Below are positions 14,132 through 29,271 of a stretch of 64,000 bases of DNA, piece after piece. The notes below the pieces were generated by a model that was given only the letters and a program-made list of their open reading frames with translations, was not told where the DNA came from and did no database searches. The first letter of the stretch is position 1, and the number at the start of each line of letters is the position of its first letter. The position numbers and the translations under genes are program-made. Source of the stretch: Amoebidium appalachense (lineage: Eukaryota; Protista; Ichthyosporea); the NCBI GenBank assembly GCA_963693365.1, contig CAVNZM010000002.1, positions 15,037,615 to 15,101,614 of the forward strand. The letters are read 5' to 3'.

Positions 14132-16228
14132 TCACACAAACACGCAAATTGTACTATAGGCAGGCACGTTACATCCATTCACCGCCTGACACTACTGATC
14201 ACTAATTGTTGGTTTCTGCCGGGATGTGCATATCTTTCCGGAGGTGAGGGTGGGGGGTGGGAGTGGGGGCGCGGTGGTTATTGTTGCCTTAGTAGTGGTG
14301 GTGGTGCGAGAAGAAGTGGTTGTGGTGGTGGTGGTAAGAGGGGGTAGGGGAGCTTTTCCGTGCCAGCAGGTTGCCACGAAAGGATGCACCCAGGCTGGAA
14401 AACCCAAAGCGTCTATCTGTTGTTTTGCAGTGTCGCTAAGTGGCCACAGCCAGTGGGTTTCGAAAAACCGAATCAGATTCCGGTTGACGGCCTTGGACAT
14501 GCGACAGCCATCTGATCGAATCTCTCCTGCCCGTTTTCGATTTTTGATGTCGGGTACGTGGCGACATATTCCTGCTGAAGTTTGATGAGGGGGGGTCCAA
14601 CCAAATTCGTCCGAAATTTCAACGTACATTTCGATGCCGGTCCAGGGGTCCCTACCGTCGTATTTTGTCTGTTTGCACCAGTCGATGAGCCGGGATTTGC
14701 GCCAAGGACGGGATAGGCGAATATTGGCGTCTCCCGGTTTGCACCTGTTTCGTGCCGGGGGAAGGGGGGAGGGGGAGAGGGGGTGGAGGGGGGGGGGGGG
14801 GGGGTTGAGTCAGAAGTCAGAAAGTGATGCAGGGTTTCATTTTCTCCCCTCTTAATGTGCGCCAAAAAATAATGTCTGCTTTCAATTTTCTCCCTGGTTT
14901 TTCAATAGCGGTTCTTTTTTTTTTTTAAAAAAAAAAAGATCCCTTCTTTCTTCCCGTTCTTTTTAATCTTTTGTCGAGCGAGGGGGTGGGTGGGGTGGGG
15001 GGGTTGTTTGGGGGGGGGGGGGGAGGGAGGGAGGGAGGGAGAGGAGGGGGAAGCTTAGAGAGGGGGTGGGTGGGTGGGGGGGGGGGGGGGGGGAGGGGGG
15101 GAGGAGAGTGGGGGAGGAAGGATGTGCATTTCAGGACCACGTCTATGCAATGGTGACTTTTTAAAACGGCACCATATGATATGGGGTCTGTGGACTCATC
15201 TCCATACCCACCTAGTCAAACTTTCAAAAGCAAAACGAGCCATAAACACAGGTATGAGCAATCATACAACCACCCATCCACCTTCCTTCGACCACAAGAG
15301 TGAAAATGTTCACCGTCACCTCCTCATCTTCGGGCATTATCATTGGCTGGTACTGGTGGTTGTGCCCCAACTCATGGAAAACCCCCCCCACATGAAATCC
15401 GAATGTTTGTTCGAAATGTCGAAAATACCGGAAGAGTGCGGCAAATTTGCGTAAATTGGGTACCCGGCGTGCATCCAGTTTGTAACGTGCTGCATATCGA
15501 AAACGAATCTCTCGGGGCGCGGTCTATCTGTAGACATATTTGCCAATCTCGCCTGCGAATCGACAACGCGATTCCAAAAATCGACTAGGCCATACAGGGT
15601 TTTCAATTTGCGCAATCATCGACCGCGGCGGTGAAAATGATCTTATCGCTGCCGATTTCGGCAGTTGGAGCAAAGTTTCCCTTGTTGGAGGTCATGGCGG
15701 CCCATTCCTGCGATTTGATTGGTTAGTGGTGTTAGCAGACTTTCTGATTGGTTGAATGAAGGGGGGTGGGGAGGGCAGGGTGGAAATTTGGATGATGCAC
15801 ACACACAAATCAGAGAGCGAATCTGTGGAATCCTTATAAAGAGAAATATTTAATCCCATCAGCAAACCCCGGGAGGGGGGGAGGGGGAGGGAGGGGGGAG
15901 GGGGGGGGGTAGAGATATTTCGCCATCGGCCCACGATCCCCCTCCCCCCCCCCCAAAAAAACCCTTCTCCCCTCCCTTCCTCCCCCCCCCCCCCCCCCCC
16001 CCCCGCCCCCGCCCCCCCCAAATCTCCCCCCCTCCCCCTCCCCCAAAACACTGCCTAATCCCGAAGGCGTTCATCTATGTCTCTTTACCAGAAGTTTATA
16101 TTCTCCCCCCACCCCCCTCCCCTCCCCTCCCCCCCGTTTACAAAAGGACCAGCCTTGTTTGCCACTTTTCCACGAGTGGAATAACCGTGTTATGCTGCAA
16201 ATCTCAGAGCCTCCCCCCCCCCCCCCCC

Positions 16229-16259
<31 letters not shown>

Positions 16260-18493
16260 CCCCCCCCCCCCCCTCCTGTCCTCCCCTCTCCCCCCCCCCC
16301 CCCACCCCTGCGCCCCGCCCTCTGGCAGCCACCGCAGCTCCATACACACCATTAGACACAGTCACACAAAACCATATCAGGGTCTTCAAAGCACACAAGA
16401 AGCACGTAGCACGAAAATCACTGTGTGCATGCATACCTCGGTGGTGGTCTTGCCAAACACATACGTCATCATGGGCACGGCATTTTCAATCGTCACATTG
16501 ATTGCCCCGATATTTGTGCGGGGTGGGACGCGAACGTATATTGGGCCGCCCAGCGAATTGGCGATTTTCGTTCCGGTGGCTTCTAGTTGTGCGTTGGTGA
16601 AGATTCGGTACATTCGCCCTGGGAACCGCCTCCAAACACCCGATTCTGAATTTTTTTAGGACGAAGGTGTGAGTATTTGGGACAATTGTAAGTTGTTAAA
16701 TCAGTCACTATACGTTTGCGCGTGTTTTTGTGTGTTGAATCGATTCAATGCGCACCAGACTAGGGTTGACATTGCGACTAAGGGGCTGCTTCGATTTTAC
16801 CTGCTTTCTTCTTTTTCAGAGAAGGGCATCTGAAGGGAGGGAGGGGGGGGGGGGGGGGGGGGGGGGGGATGGCAACGGAAGGAAGTGTAAAATGGTCCAA
16901 AGCAAAGTGCCATGCCATATCAGACCCACGCAGAATTCTATGTGTGTCCACCTTTTTTTTTTTTTTTTTTTTTTTTTTGCCCCTATCTTTCTTTTAGTTC
17001 TTTTTTATTACTTTTCAGGTTCTTACTTTTCTTTCTTTCCTGTTTTTACGCCCTTTTTCTTTTCTTTCTTTTCTTCTTTCTTTCTTTCTTTCTTTTTTTT
17101 TTACCCTCCTTTTTACGTCGGGGAGGGGGGGGGGGGGGGAGGGGGGGGGGGGTCATACGTGTTTCCAACTAATATCCTCGTGGATTCCAATTTGGGTAGA
17201 TATACTGCGTTTATGCTGACTGTAATCGAAGGGTTTTTGGGCGCGTTGCATGCACCGGGGAATGTGTTGGCAGACGGAATTGCGACGACATCGTCTATGG
17301 GATATCTGGTGGATATGATTTCTTGAACCTGTGAAATTTGGGAAAAGTTGTAGTTTGGTGAGATATACAAAAACATAGTGTGTAAATGACCTCAACATGT
17401 ACCGACTCGGGAACATGTGGCTGAGGAACTGCTCTGAAGGCTTTGCATACTAGCCCCCTCGCCCCTCCCCTCCCCTCCCCAACAGCAACGTCTCTCTCTC
17501 TCTTTCTTCCCTCCTGCCCCATATTTCTTTCCCATCATTGAATCCGCTACATAATTCACATTGCCGTACAAAACGCTAAATACCCCTCCCCCCTCCCCCC
17601 CTTCCCCCCATCCTTTTCCAGGTCTTCTCTCCCCATATTCCATTCCCATCCAGTGCAAACATACACACGTACACACGTGTCTCAAGACAACTTACACATA
17701 TATAATAATATGCATCACACAGCTACACCGCAACACGATAACAAACACACACTCGCCCACGCCAACATCACTGCCATACCCACGCCCACCCACACGCACA
17801 CACACACAGTACTCACACAAAAGCACACATGCACCCCCCCCCCCCCCCCCCCCCCCAACACACACACAGCCACAACCCCCACTCCCCCTCCCCCTTCCCC
17901 CCACACACACCTGGAACGTGAGCGCCGCAATCCCATTCGTCTTTGGAATCTCATTCGTTTCAGACGCAACCACATCCCATTTTCCAATTGCTTTCATCAG
18001 ATCGCTTGCAGTGTTCACCACCCCCTTAACCACACTATCAGCCGCAAATGCACTGGGCTCTGTGTGAATGCGTTAAGGGCGAGTTGGATGGTTTTGGCTG
18101 TGGCAATGTTCGCGGCGTCTCCTTCGACTGTAGACTGGGCCAGAAGTTGAGATGAAGAAAGCGCTGGATCAGCTGTGCCTGGTGGGTGTTAAAATCTAAG
18201 CGGGTAACTTCATTGGTTCTTGGTAGATGATGGTACTTTGCAAGTTGCGTTGTGCATGTGGTTTCGGATTGATGCAGATTTTTGTATTTCCAATTTTGTG
18301 TGTGTTCTGACAGGGAGGAAGATGGGGTCATGCATGTAGTTTTTTTTCTTTTTTTTTTTTTTTCTTTTCCTTTTAGGGGTTTGTTGGGGGGGGGGGGAGG
18401 GGATGGGGAGGGGGGAAGGGGAAGAGTACGGCCTTTTGTGGACGTGGTGCTGCCTATTGCTATCAATAATGATTGAGCAAGGAAAGATCCCGC

Positions 18494-18573
<80 letters not shown>

Positions 18574-19351
18574 ACACGCGCGCACGTGCACGTTCGTGCG
18601 CGTGTGTGCGTGCGTGTGTGCGTCCATGCGTGTGTGCGTGCGTGCTCATGGGGAAGGTGGGGGCACGGGTGGGGGGGCGGGTATGGGGGATGGGGTGGAG
18701 TGGGGAAGAGATACCCCTAAGGGTTGCTGGAGTCGGAGCGAGGGAATAACCGGAGTGAGCAGGGACAAAGACACTGAGAACGACAAGACGGGGAGATTCC
18801 TTTTTTTCTTTCTTGTGTGTGTGTGTGGTGGTGGTGAAGGTTGTGTGCATGTGTGTGTGTGTGTGCGGGGGGAGAGGGGGGGGGGGGGGGGGGGCGGGGG
18901 CTGATGGATGGGTGGATGGGGGAAGAGGGGTGGGGATGGATGGCGGGGGGGGGGGGGGGGGGGGGGAGGGGGGGGAGGGGGGGGACCTACTCATGATCAC
19001 TTTACACCTTGTGTCTAGAAGAGAAATAGCAGAGCCCGGGTTCTGCCAAGCGGTACGTCTGCTGATTCCAGGCCAATCCGTAGCGAGCAAAAAGGCGATT
19101 GGCTACAAACTCATCAATAGGAGTGGACCAGGCTTGGGCTCCAGTTATCAGAACACCACCCTGTGAGAGAGATATTGGTGTGAGCGTTTTGCAGGCATAA
19201 TGAAACTGCTAATGTTTTGTGTAACACATTGGGCTTGGGCCGGGTGTTAGCCTTCAACACGGCCCCAAGAAAATACTCTGTGTACTGCGCAACAGATTTT
19301 GCCTGGAGTGGGAAGACTTAGAACCTCTGGGGGATGGGTGCATGGTTGTGT

Positions 19352-19401
<50 letters not shown>

Positions 19402-20683
19402 TGAGGCTCGTGTACTACGATGATGATGTGTGGGGGGCAGTTTTGGTGTATGTGTGGGTTGGTGAAACACGTGTTTCCACATGCTAAAAATGCTTTCGCT
19501 CTATGTGTGCACGTGGCATACTGCAAAATGGGGAGGGGGGAAAGGGGACGATTGGGAGGTTTTTTTGTATTTTTTTTTTTTTAAGGGGGGGCGAGGGATT
19601 GGGGGATGGGGGGACGAGAGGTTGACCCTCGGATACTTACACTGGCTCACCAAAATATATGAAAAGAAGCCACGACATACAACAGAAGGCGGTCAAAGTT
19701 CTACATAGAAGACACAGAGCCATATGAAAAAGCAAACAAATGAGATCGTCTATGTGCGTACAAAGTGGGAGAACGTGTGGGAGAGGAGGGGGGCGAGGGG
19801 AGACGAGGTAAGGGGGCATGGGGGGATGGGGGAGGAGGAGGAGAGAAAGGGGGAAGGGGGGGAGGGGGGGGAGGGGTCTTTTAGGGTGGCACGGGTGCAG
19901 GATGTTGTCGTGTAAGGGAGGGGGTTAAGACACCTTGAGCACGAACTCCAAAATGTTCAAGTTGATGTCACGTGCACTGCACATGTAGACACTGTAGGCC
20001 TCGGCAGTCACATCCAATGGACCCACCAGAGTGTTGCTGATGGAGGCTAGGGCAAGAGTTGAACGCTTGGACGTGGTCCAGCCTTGGTCAGGCTGCAGGC
20101 CTACACGGGGCACCTGTGTAGGTGTGTGTGTGTTGGGGGGGGGGGGGGGGGGGGGAGGGGGGGGGAGGGGGGGGGGAGGGGAAGAGCCTTAGGGGCGGAG
20201 GGGAAGGGGGGAGTGAGGGGGAAAGAGAGAGACAAGAGTGGGAAGGGGAGTGTCGGTGTGTATAGATTCGGGACGAATGCCTTAAAGTTACGTTGTGAGC
20301 GTCTGAATGTGTATTTGGAAAGCTGGAACGGGGGAGAAGGGGAAGAACGTTCGGAGAAATTAGGTGGAAGTGGGAGAGGGTTGGTGCAGTTTGGGGGGGG
20401 GGGGGGGGGGGGGGGTTGGAGCAAGGGGCGCGGGGGATGGGGGGGGGGGGGGGGGGGGGGGAGGGGGGAGGTAAGAAGGATATTGTCCTGCAGGCCAGAG
20501 ACAACCGTTCTGAATGTTGAACCACGCAAATTAGGGTATCAGATGACTGGGGGGGAGGGAGGGGGGGATCCGGAGGGAGAGGGGGGAGGGAAGGGGGGGG
20601 AGGGGGGGGGGAGTGTGTCACAGGGAGGAGGGTCGTGTGAGTGAGCAAACGAAGAGTCTTTCGCAGAGAGCACGGCCTTGATG

Positions 20684-20718
<35 letters not shown>

Positions 20719-21210
20719 AGAGGGAGGGTGGGGAGGAGAGTTGGGGGGTAGCCGGGGAGGGGGGAGGAGGGGATGGAGGGTAAGAGGCTATCGGGCGGGG
20801 AGGGGGGGGGGGGGGAGGGGAGGGGGGAGGAGGGGAGGAGGGAGGAGGGGAGGGGGGAGGAGGGGAGGGGGGAGGGGAGGTGGGGGGGGGGTTGTTACGG
20901 TCACTAGGAACTTTGCAAGCACTCACCTCACCCGTCGTCTTGCTCAGCACCACAGCAGCATTGAAAATGAGTTTCCCCGTGTCCTTGGTGTCGATGGACC
21001 CGAGACTGGCCTCATGGCCAAATCCAAGCACATACCCTTGCCCCGCACGGATTAACCCGGCATATATATCGGGACTATCTCCTTGCTCCCACCCCAAAGG
21101 AACGGCATATGGACCCAACAGGCCTAGAATAGAATAGTAGCCACTGGATGATGCTTTGATGGTCGATACGCTGGCTGTGAGGGCTTAAACAGGTCGGAGT
21201 TGTCGAGGTT
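14132..21210 (-). pseudogene. TCAF/FAM115-like peptidase M60 zinc metalloprotease, disrupted (pseudogene or poorly polished assembly)
   Basis: Exons at about 20927-21210 (LLGPYAVPLG..GQGYVLGFGHE..LIFNA), 19934-20113, 19007-19161 (GGVLITGAQAW), 17911-18177, 17160-17328, 16438-16655 (IANSLGGPIYV), 15280-15707 (APTAEIGSDKIIFT, DFWNRV, RPERFVFD, WMHAGYP, FHELGHNHQ at 15362-15376, EVTVNIF) and 14132-14744 (MYVEISDEFGW, NLIRFFETHWLWPL, Thr/Pro linker). Several 1-2 nt frameshifts, mostly in short homopolymers, and an in-frame TAG at 14192-14194. First exon uncertain (possibly ~21934-22040). Confidence 0.85.
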
Positions 21211-21524
21211 CCATGATGCTTAACATGAATGAATGTTTTGGTTAGATCGGTCGATATGAACTATTCAAGGACTATGTACGTACGCAGAGTTCATGTCACT
21301 GCGGTTGGGACAGGGGAAAATGCAGACTCAGTTCAGCTCAAGGTCTACTATATTTATCATAAAGACAGACAAAAAAAAAAAAAAAAATGAAACTTGACGT
21401 TTCTTAGTTAGATAGCCTTCTACGATAGGAAATGAAGGTGTTTTGGGATAAAAATGGTTGTGGTGCACCACATTGACCACAATTTTATGTACCGGTGGTT
21501 GGCAGGCCGCAGTGGTGTTCGTGG

Positions 21525-21594
<70 letters not shown>

Positions 21595-22394
21595 AGGGGG
21601 GGGAAGGGGGAGTCAATGCACACCAGAAATTAATCATCAATTTTGCAAAGTATCACAGGCAGAAGCCCCGCCCCTATACCTACGTCCACATGTACAAACA
21701 ACGATTGTTCACAATTTGAGAGTGTGGCACGTGGTTAGCTATAGAATAGGTTGATAGTATGCATATTGCATAAATAACAAATAGCCTTTTTCTAACCTAC
21801 TTCCCATGCAATCTACTGACTGAGTTCAAAGATAACGATGTCGTGTTACACACACATGCATGCCACCTTAATTGTCATAATAATAACACCGAGGAATTCC
21901 CGCCACAAACATCACAGAACGACTGGCACTTACAGGATGCGCAGGGCCCATTGTCGCTGTTGCACGTGACCTGCGCCCCGACAAGCACCGACGACAAAAC
22001 AGCCGCATCTGCCGCCCAAACCGTTCCCAGCCCATCATCAGATAACAAGTTGTGTTCACACAGTCGCACATGTCCGGATCCGGAGGCGTCGACTGCCGTG
22101 TGGATGTTGTCTTCCACATTTTATAGTGGATTGTAGCAGTACGAATGGGTTGCAAATGACTCATCACGCACCTTACGGTATTTAAAGTAACAACGTAAGT
22201 ACACTGCGGTGGCCGTGTGTTGTTGTGGGTTTGAGTGAGGTGGCTTTGTTTTGCTCGCACCGCGCACTTGGTACCAGCAAGCTGGCGTTGCAGCCTGGTG
22301 AAACCCAAATTCCTTGTGATACACTTTAGACCAATCAATTTTTGGATATATGTGGTTGGCGGATCCAAAAGTAAACAAACCTCCGATTAGAGAG

Positions 22395-22798
22395 CAGGGG
22401 GGCGATTACGAAAAAATCGTCGTAAATACGATTAACGAAAGACCCCGATACGAATAAGGTTAGGGTGCCGTCGTAACAGCTTTCGTATCAGATGTATAGC
22501 ATTATTAACGCTTTAAGGCCCCCTAATATCTAACTGTACCTAATTTTTCAATATTTCTGTTCAAGAACATATCTACAGCGCTTCTCATGAGCAATATCGA
22601 ACCCCGACAAGAATCCAGGGCTTGTAATTGTGCGATACTTAATTTGTAAAAACGCGTATTTTGAGTTTTGTGACTGGAGGGGCGTTTTCAGCTGGGCTTG
22701 CATATCCCCAAGAACCCCCCCGTTACGATTAAGAAACTATCCGTTACGATTGGCCAAAGGACAATACGATTAAGCTGGCCAACCCCAGCCCAACCCTG
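22395..22798. mobile_element. Non-autonomous hAT-type MITE (404 bp) with 8-bp TSD TTAGAGAG
   Basis: Begins CAGGG and ends CCCTG. TTAGAGAG occurs at 22387-22394 and 22799-22806. Multiple subterminal TACGA motifs. A second partial copy lies at 32963. Confidence 0.8.
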
Positions 22799-22799
22799 T

Positions 22800-23340
<541 letters not shown>

Positions 23341-23371
23341 GAAATGTGGGGGTGGGGGGAGAGGGGGTGGT

Positions 23372-23410
<39 letters not shown>

Positions 23411-23525
23411 GGACGGGGGAGAAGGAGAAGCGCAACTGAGCAGTGACCAGTGTGCTGCAGCCTGATGAAGAATCCTGAAACGCATCCTGAAATCCTGCTG
23501 CAGGATGATTGTGGAATGTGATTGT

Positions 23526-23580
23526 GGCGGGATATTGTAGCCAATCAAAGGGTTAGAAAGCGCGCCAAAATCAAACCAAT
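23526..23580 (+). promoter_or_regulatory. E2F-like/CCAAT promoter module, copy 1
   Basis: GGCGGGA-N8-CCAAT, then GCGCGCCAAA (reverse of TTTGGCGC) and a second CCAAT. Confidence 0.55.
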
Positions 23581-25289
23581 CACAAGGTCCCCTTGTTGGA
23601 AAACTAAATTCCGGAAAACTTCGTGACTGAAACATCAGTGCGCGGAGTAGGCTGCTGTCGCATAGGCCACCCCGACGCTGAAAGCGAAAGACCCTGGAAT
23701 AGTGGTAGCTGCACGGCCCACAGGGTCTTGTAGACGCCCAAGCGAATCCATCGACTTTTTCTTTCTTTCTTTCTTTTTTTTTTTTTACCCCGTACCATAC
23801 AAGTCCCTCACTACGACCCTGTTTGTCGGCCAAAAATCCGCCTCCACTCTCAGTACACAAACTATTAGCGTTAGTGGTTCCCTCCAAGCATTTTTCAACT
23901 GGTTAAGGCCGCGAATAATTAGGCCCCAAGGGGACACGACTGAGAGCCACACAAGTTTTCGGGTAAGAGCTACCCACATGGTGTGCGCGTGTGCGTGGGG
24001 GGGATGTATGGAAGAGGGGGCTTGTGCGTGAGGTTGTGTGGGAGGAAGCGAGGGTATGCTTTTTGTGTGTGTGTTTGTGTTGTGTGCACAAGTGGTTTGT
24101 GCCAGTATGTGTGAAGGTGCGTGCTTTCGCATGTGTGCGTGTTCGCGTGTGGGTGCGTGAGTACGTGTGTGCGCATGTGTGCGTGTTCACGTGTGGGTAC
24201 GTGAATACGTGTGTGCGCGTGTGTGTGCACGCGTGTGTGCATGTATGTGTCGCATGTGTGTCCATGTATGTGTGCTGGAGTGCGTGTGTTTAAGATTGAA
24301 TGTGCGTTAGTGGGCAGCACGTGGGCGTGGGCATTATATGAAAGCCTGCCAGTCTTTTTAAGTGCGCGCGCGTGTGCTTTTAAGTCGTGCTGTTATCCGT
24401 GGTTTAGTGCATGCCGAAAGATCTTTGTGTGAGGCTCTTGGTTCGATTGAGTTCTTGCCAACACCGCACAGCGTTAATCCTGTGTACCCTAGTGAAAGTG
24501 TTGTGGCTTAAATTCTGTCGTACAAATTGCCATGTGTGGAGAAAGAAGAATGGAGAGAGGTCAAGAGAGATTAAGCCTGACGTCTTCCTCTTAGTTGACC
24601 TCACCTATAAGCTCCTGATCATTCTTTGTCTTTCGTCCGTCTTGCCCACCTGCCTTCCTTGAAAATTGTCCATTTTGTAGTCTGTTTGAGTTTGTACTCC
24701 GAATTCTGAGGTCTCCCCCCCCCCCCCCCCCCCCCCGGCCCCCATCCGGATCCTATTGTCTTCCCTTGCCCACCCTTTCCAGTTTTGAGCGCTCCCTACG
24801 CTTATGTCCAGTTGCACAACGCGTTTCCCCCCCAAGCTTTTACAGATACACCCATCCCCCCCCCCCCCCCCCTCCCCCCCTCCCCCCCCCCCCCCCCCCC
24901 ACCTCCCCCTCCCCGTGAGCCTAAAAGTTGCCGATCCGTGTGTCCACCCCGCCCCCTCCTCCCCTCAACTCCCTCCCCTGCCCACTCCTGCTTTCATTCC
25001 ACTTCCCGCACGCCGCTTTTTTTAATTCACTACTACACCACCGAACTTCAACCCCCACCTTTCCTCCGTCGGCCACACACCCCTAAGCACGCAAACACAC
25101 ACACACATACTCACTCTCACACACGCACCCACACACACCCATACACACACACACAGCACGCACACACACATACACACATATACACATGTGCGTGCGCACA
25201 CACACACACACACGAACACACACACTCAAACATACAAGCACACACCTAAACACGCAAACACACACACACACACACACACACCTAAACAC

Positions 25290-25342
<53 letters not shown>

Positions 25343-25696
25343 CCCTAGTTGTAAAGGCAATCACGAGCAACAAATTCAAACTCGGCCGCACATCCTCGTG
25401 GAACCAGCTCACAGATCTTCTCTCATCTGCCCCCACTCCCGATGTGTTTTGTTCCCCCATTCCCGATGTGTTTTGTTGTGCCTCCCACTGGGGATTGGGT
25501 GATACCGATGTGGACTACGCCAGGTTTGTGCCCCCCCCCCCCCCCCCCTCCCCCCCCCCCCCCCCCCCCCCCTGGGGCACAGAAGGCCTTTTTTTCCTTT
25601 TTCGTTGTTGTCTCCCTTTTGGGAGATTGGAAAGGCAATGGGGTTGATGAAGGGAGAGAAATGTTTGAGGGATGGGAGGGGAGGGGGGAGGGGAGG

Positions 25697-25741
<45 letters not shown>

Positions 25742-25884
25742 CTACCTCACGTGTGCTTTGGTTCTCATGTTATGATTGCCTTGACGACGTAGTTATGGTT
25801 CAATGTGTGCAGCAACTAAGCCTGAAAGTAACCTGCCTGCATACCGTTGTTGCAGCCTGCGTGTTTCTGTGCATAAGCTGACAC

Positions 25885-26046
25885 TGCGTACGAATCTAAA
25901 GCACTTTTATTTAGAAGTTCTAAAGAAACATAACATATGCCTTTTTCCAATAAAATTATCGTGTATGCGTACGAATCTAAAGCACATTTATTTAGAAGTT
26001 CTAAAGAAACATAACATACGCCTTTTTCCAATAAAATTATCGTGTA
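25885..26046. repeat. 81-bp direct tandem duplication in an intron of copy 1
   Basis: TGCGTACGAATCTAAAGCAC...ATTATCGTGTA at 25885 and 25966, with two mismatches. Confidence 0.9.
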
Positions 26047-26631
26047 AATAATGAAAACCCAAAGGAAAATGTAAACCTCTTGATAACGATGAATGCAAAT
26101 TTCTTCACATGTGCAGTCAAACTCCAATATAACACTAATTGCCACCCTACCATCAATATCATTAAGTTTACCATGGCATACATGTTTTAGACGTTCACTG
26201 TCGTACCAAGTAAACCTATCCATTTAGTGTTAAATTTTAACTTCTCCCACTAAGACACCCCCTCTGACGTCACATGATACAGGGTGCAATTGGTTGCCAG
26301 CGACAAATGCTGCGTCTTCTCAATGGCCTTCTTCCGTCCCCACTCTTTCATATCAACCAACACACCCTCGGATATATCACTGTGTGACACAAGTGAGAAA
26401 GACCTGCAAGGCCGGATGTACATTCTCACAGGGGAAAAGAAATCCCCAATTATGGGTTTGGGGCATGTGTTTGAGGAGGGTCACGTGATTGCCGATGGAA
26501 TTCCAAGAAAGCGAGATCTCGGGAAATCGTATTTGTCTGGAATGCTCAAAAATAGCTTCTATCTTCCGGCGACACATGTGGATATTTTCATGCGGAGGCA
26601 CAGGTGCACGGACCAGGACGGGGACTTATGC

Positions 26632-26666
<35 letters not shown>

Positions 26667-27712
26667 CGTGGTGTGCGTGCGTGTGTGTGTGCGTGTGTGT
26701 GTGCGTGCGTGTGTGTGTGCGTGTGTGCGTGTGTGTGTGCATGCGTGTGTGTGTGTGTGTGTGTGCGCGCGCGAGTGTTTGGGGGAGAAAGGAGGAGGAG
26801 GAGGAGGGGGAGGGGGGAGAGGGGAGGGGGGGAGGGGGTATTGCGCGGGTGCATGCATGCGTGGCTGGGCAAGCGTGCACGTGCGCACGTGTTTGGGGGA
26901 GGGAAGGGGGGGGGGGGAGGGGAGGGGGGATTTCGCAGGTGCGTGTGTGCAAGTGTGTTTGTTCGTATGTGAGACTGCATGTTGCATGGATGCGTCTCAG
27001 TGCCCATTGTGGTGCTTGTTGCCACAATCCATGTTTCTACTTGGTAACTATCTTTTTTTCATTTACCTGCATGCACACATTAACAACTGTCTGGCTGGGC
27101 GCCTTGTAGCATAGATGGGTTATACGAAACACTCCTTGTACACTAACCAACACACCACACACCACACAACACACACAACCTAGTGAAACCATACATCATT
27201 ACAACAAATGTAGCAAACACCTTAACATTCTCGTTAATTAAACCGTGGAAATGTTTAGCCTCGACTTTCTGTCTTTAACATTGTTTTAACGTCAATCTCC
27301 TCCAATCAGGCACGACCATTCCGACAAATGCACTGTATCAGCTCCGGACAGGCCACAGTTCGAACGGGACATCAAAGCAGAGATTTCCCACGCTTTTGGT
27401 GACGTAAACATCAAACTTCGGGGGCTCAATCTGTGCCGTAAAGAGGGGTCCTATGACCTCAGACCCAACGAGGCAGCTGAAAATTCAATCGGCACACTGC
27501 TCGTGTTTTTGACGGACTGTGAGGATACGGTGGAGGGGTAAGAACCCCCCTTCCCCCCCCCCCCCCCCCCCCCCCCCACAAAAAAAAAAACAAAAAAACC
27601 AAAAACCAAAAAAAAAGCCCACACGCACACACCACACACGCACGTGCACGCGGGCGCACACTAACACACACGCACACACACACACGCACACACACACACA
27701 CACACACGCGCG

Positions 27713-27747
<35 letters not shown>

Positions 27748-27758
27748 CCACCCCCCCC

Positions 27759-27789
<31 letters not shown>

Positions 27790-28294
27790 ACGCACGCACA
27801 CACACACACACACACACACCTCCACCATCCCCACCCTGCACCCCCACCCCTTCGTCTCTCACCCACCCCACTTACTCCCCACAACTCTGTATTCCTATAC
27901 CACCATAACCGCCTGGTTGCAAGCATGCAAACATGCTAACACTTGCTTAACACGAACAGCCTATCTTTGTGAGTTCCAAAGAATCTTTTCTTCCAGCCAT
28001 GCATCTCCTTGAACAAAACTACCCAGGAACCCCCCCCCCCCCTCCCCCCCCCTCTCCCCCCTCCCCCTCCTCCTCCTTATCTTCCCCCCCCCCCCCCCTC
28101 CCTCCCCCTCCCCCTCTCCCCCCTGCGCTCCCCCTAGACCCACCTTTAACCATCTCTCTCGCTTGGGGAGATTTCAAGAGCCCCGGGCTTTGCTTTTGTT
28201 GTGTACTTTTTCTCGTTTTTGACTGTCCAGTTATGTGCTTTCGTTATTGGTCTTTGCACCAGATACCGTGTGTGTCATATCCCCCCCCCCCCCC

Positions 28295-28364
<70 letters not shown>

Positions 28365-28935
28365 GCCCGCCCTATTTGCAAAGGGGGGACTCTGTTGATG
28401 TTGCATGTGTATTCGTTTTGCATGTCGTGGCCTATTCTACCTGCCTCTTTTTCCTCGTTGTGTACCTACGTACTTCGTGCGTCATAGCACAATCTTAAAC
28501 CCCCCCCCCCCACACATATAATAATAATAATAATATTAATAATAATGATAAATGATAATATTAATAACCAATAATGATACTACATGAAAGAAAAGAAAGA
28601 AAAAGAAGAAATGGAGCAAAAAAAATTGTGTGTGCATGTGATTTTTTTTTTTTTTTTGGGGGGGGGGGGGGGGGGGGAGCCACACGACCACCTATCCGCC
28701 TTGCGACCCTCCTTCTCCCCCCCCCCCCAATAAACATACTCTTTGTGTGTGGTTTGGAATCTGCATTTTGTTGTCCGTCATGCATGGGTACATCATACTC
28801 TGCAACACATTCTAACCCTGCCCCTCCCCCCCCTTCCACACACACAAGCATGTAATTGCGCACACCCACAATACACGCACATACACGCACACACACACGC
28901 ACACATGCGCGCGCGCCCGCACGCATGCGCGCGCC

Positions 28936-29036
<101 letters not shown>

Positions 29037-29093
29037 GCACACACAAGCACACGCATACGCACACGCAGAGCACACGGACACGCAGCGCGTGCG

Positions 29094-29271
<178 letters not shown>

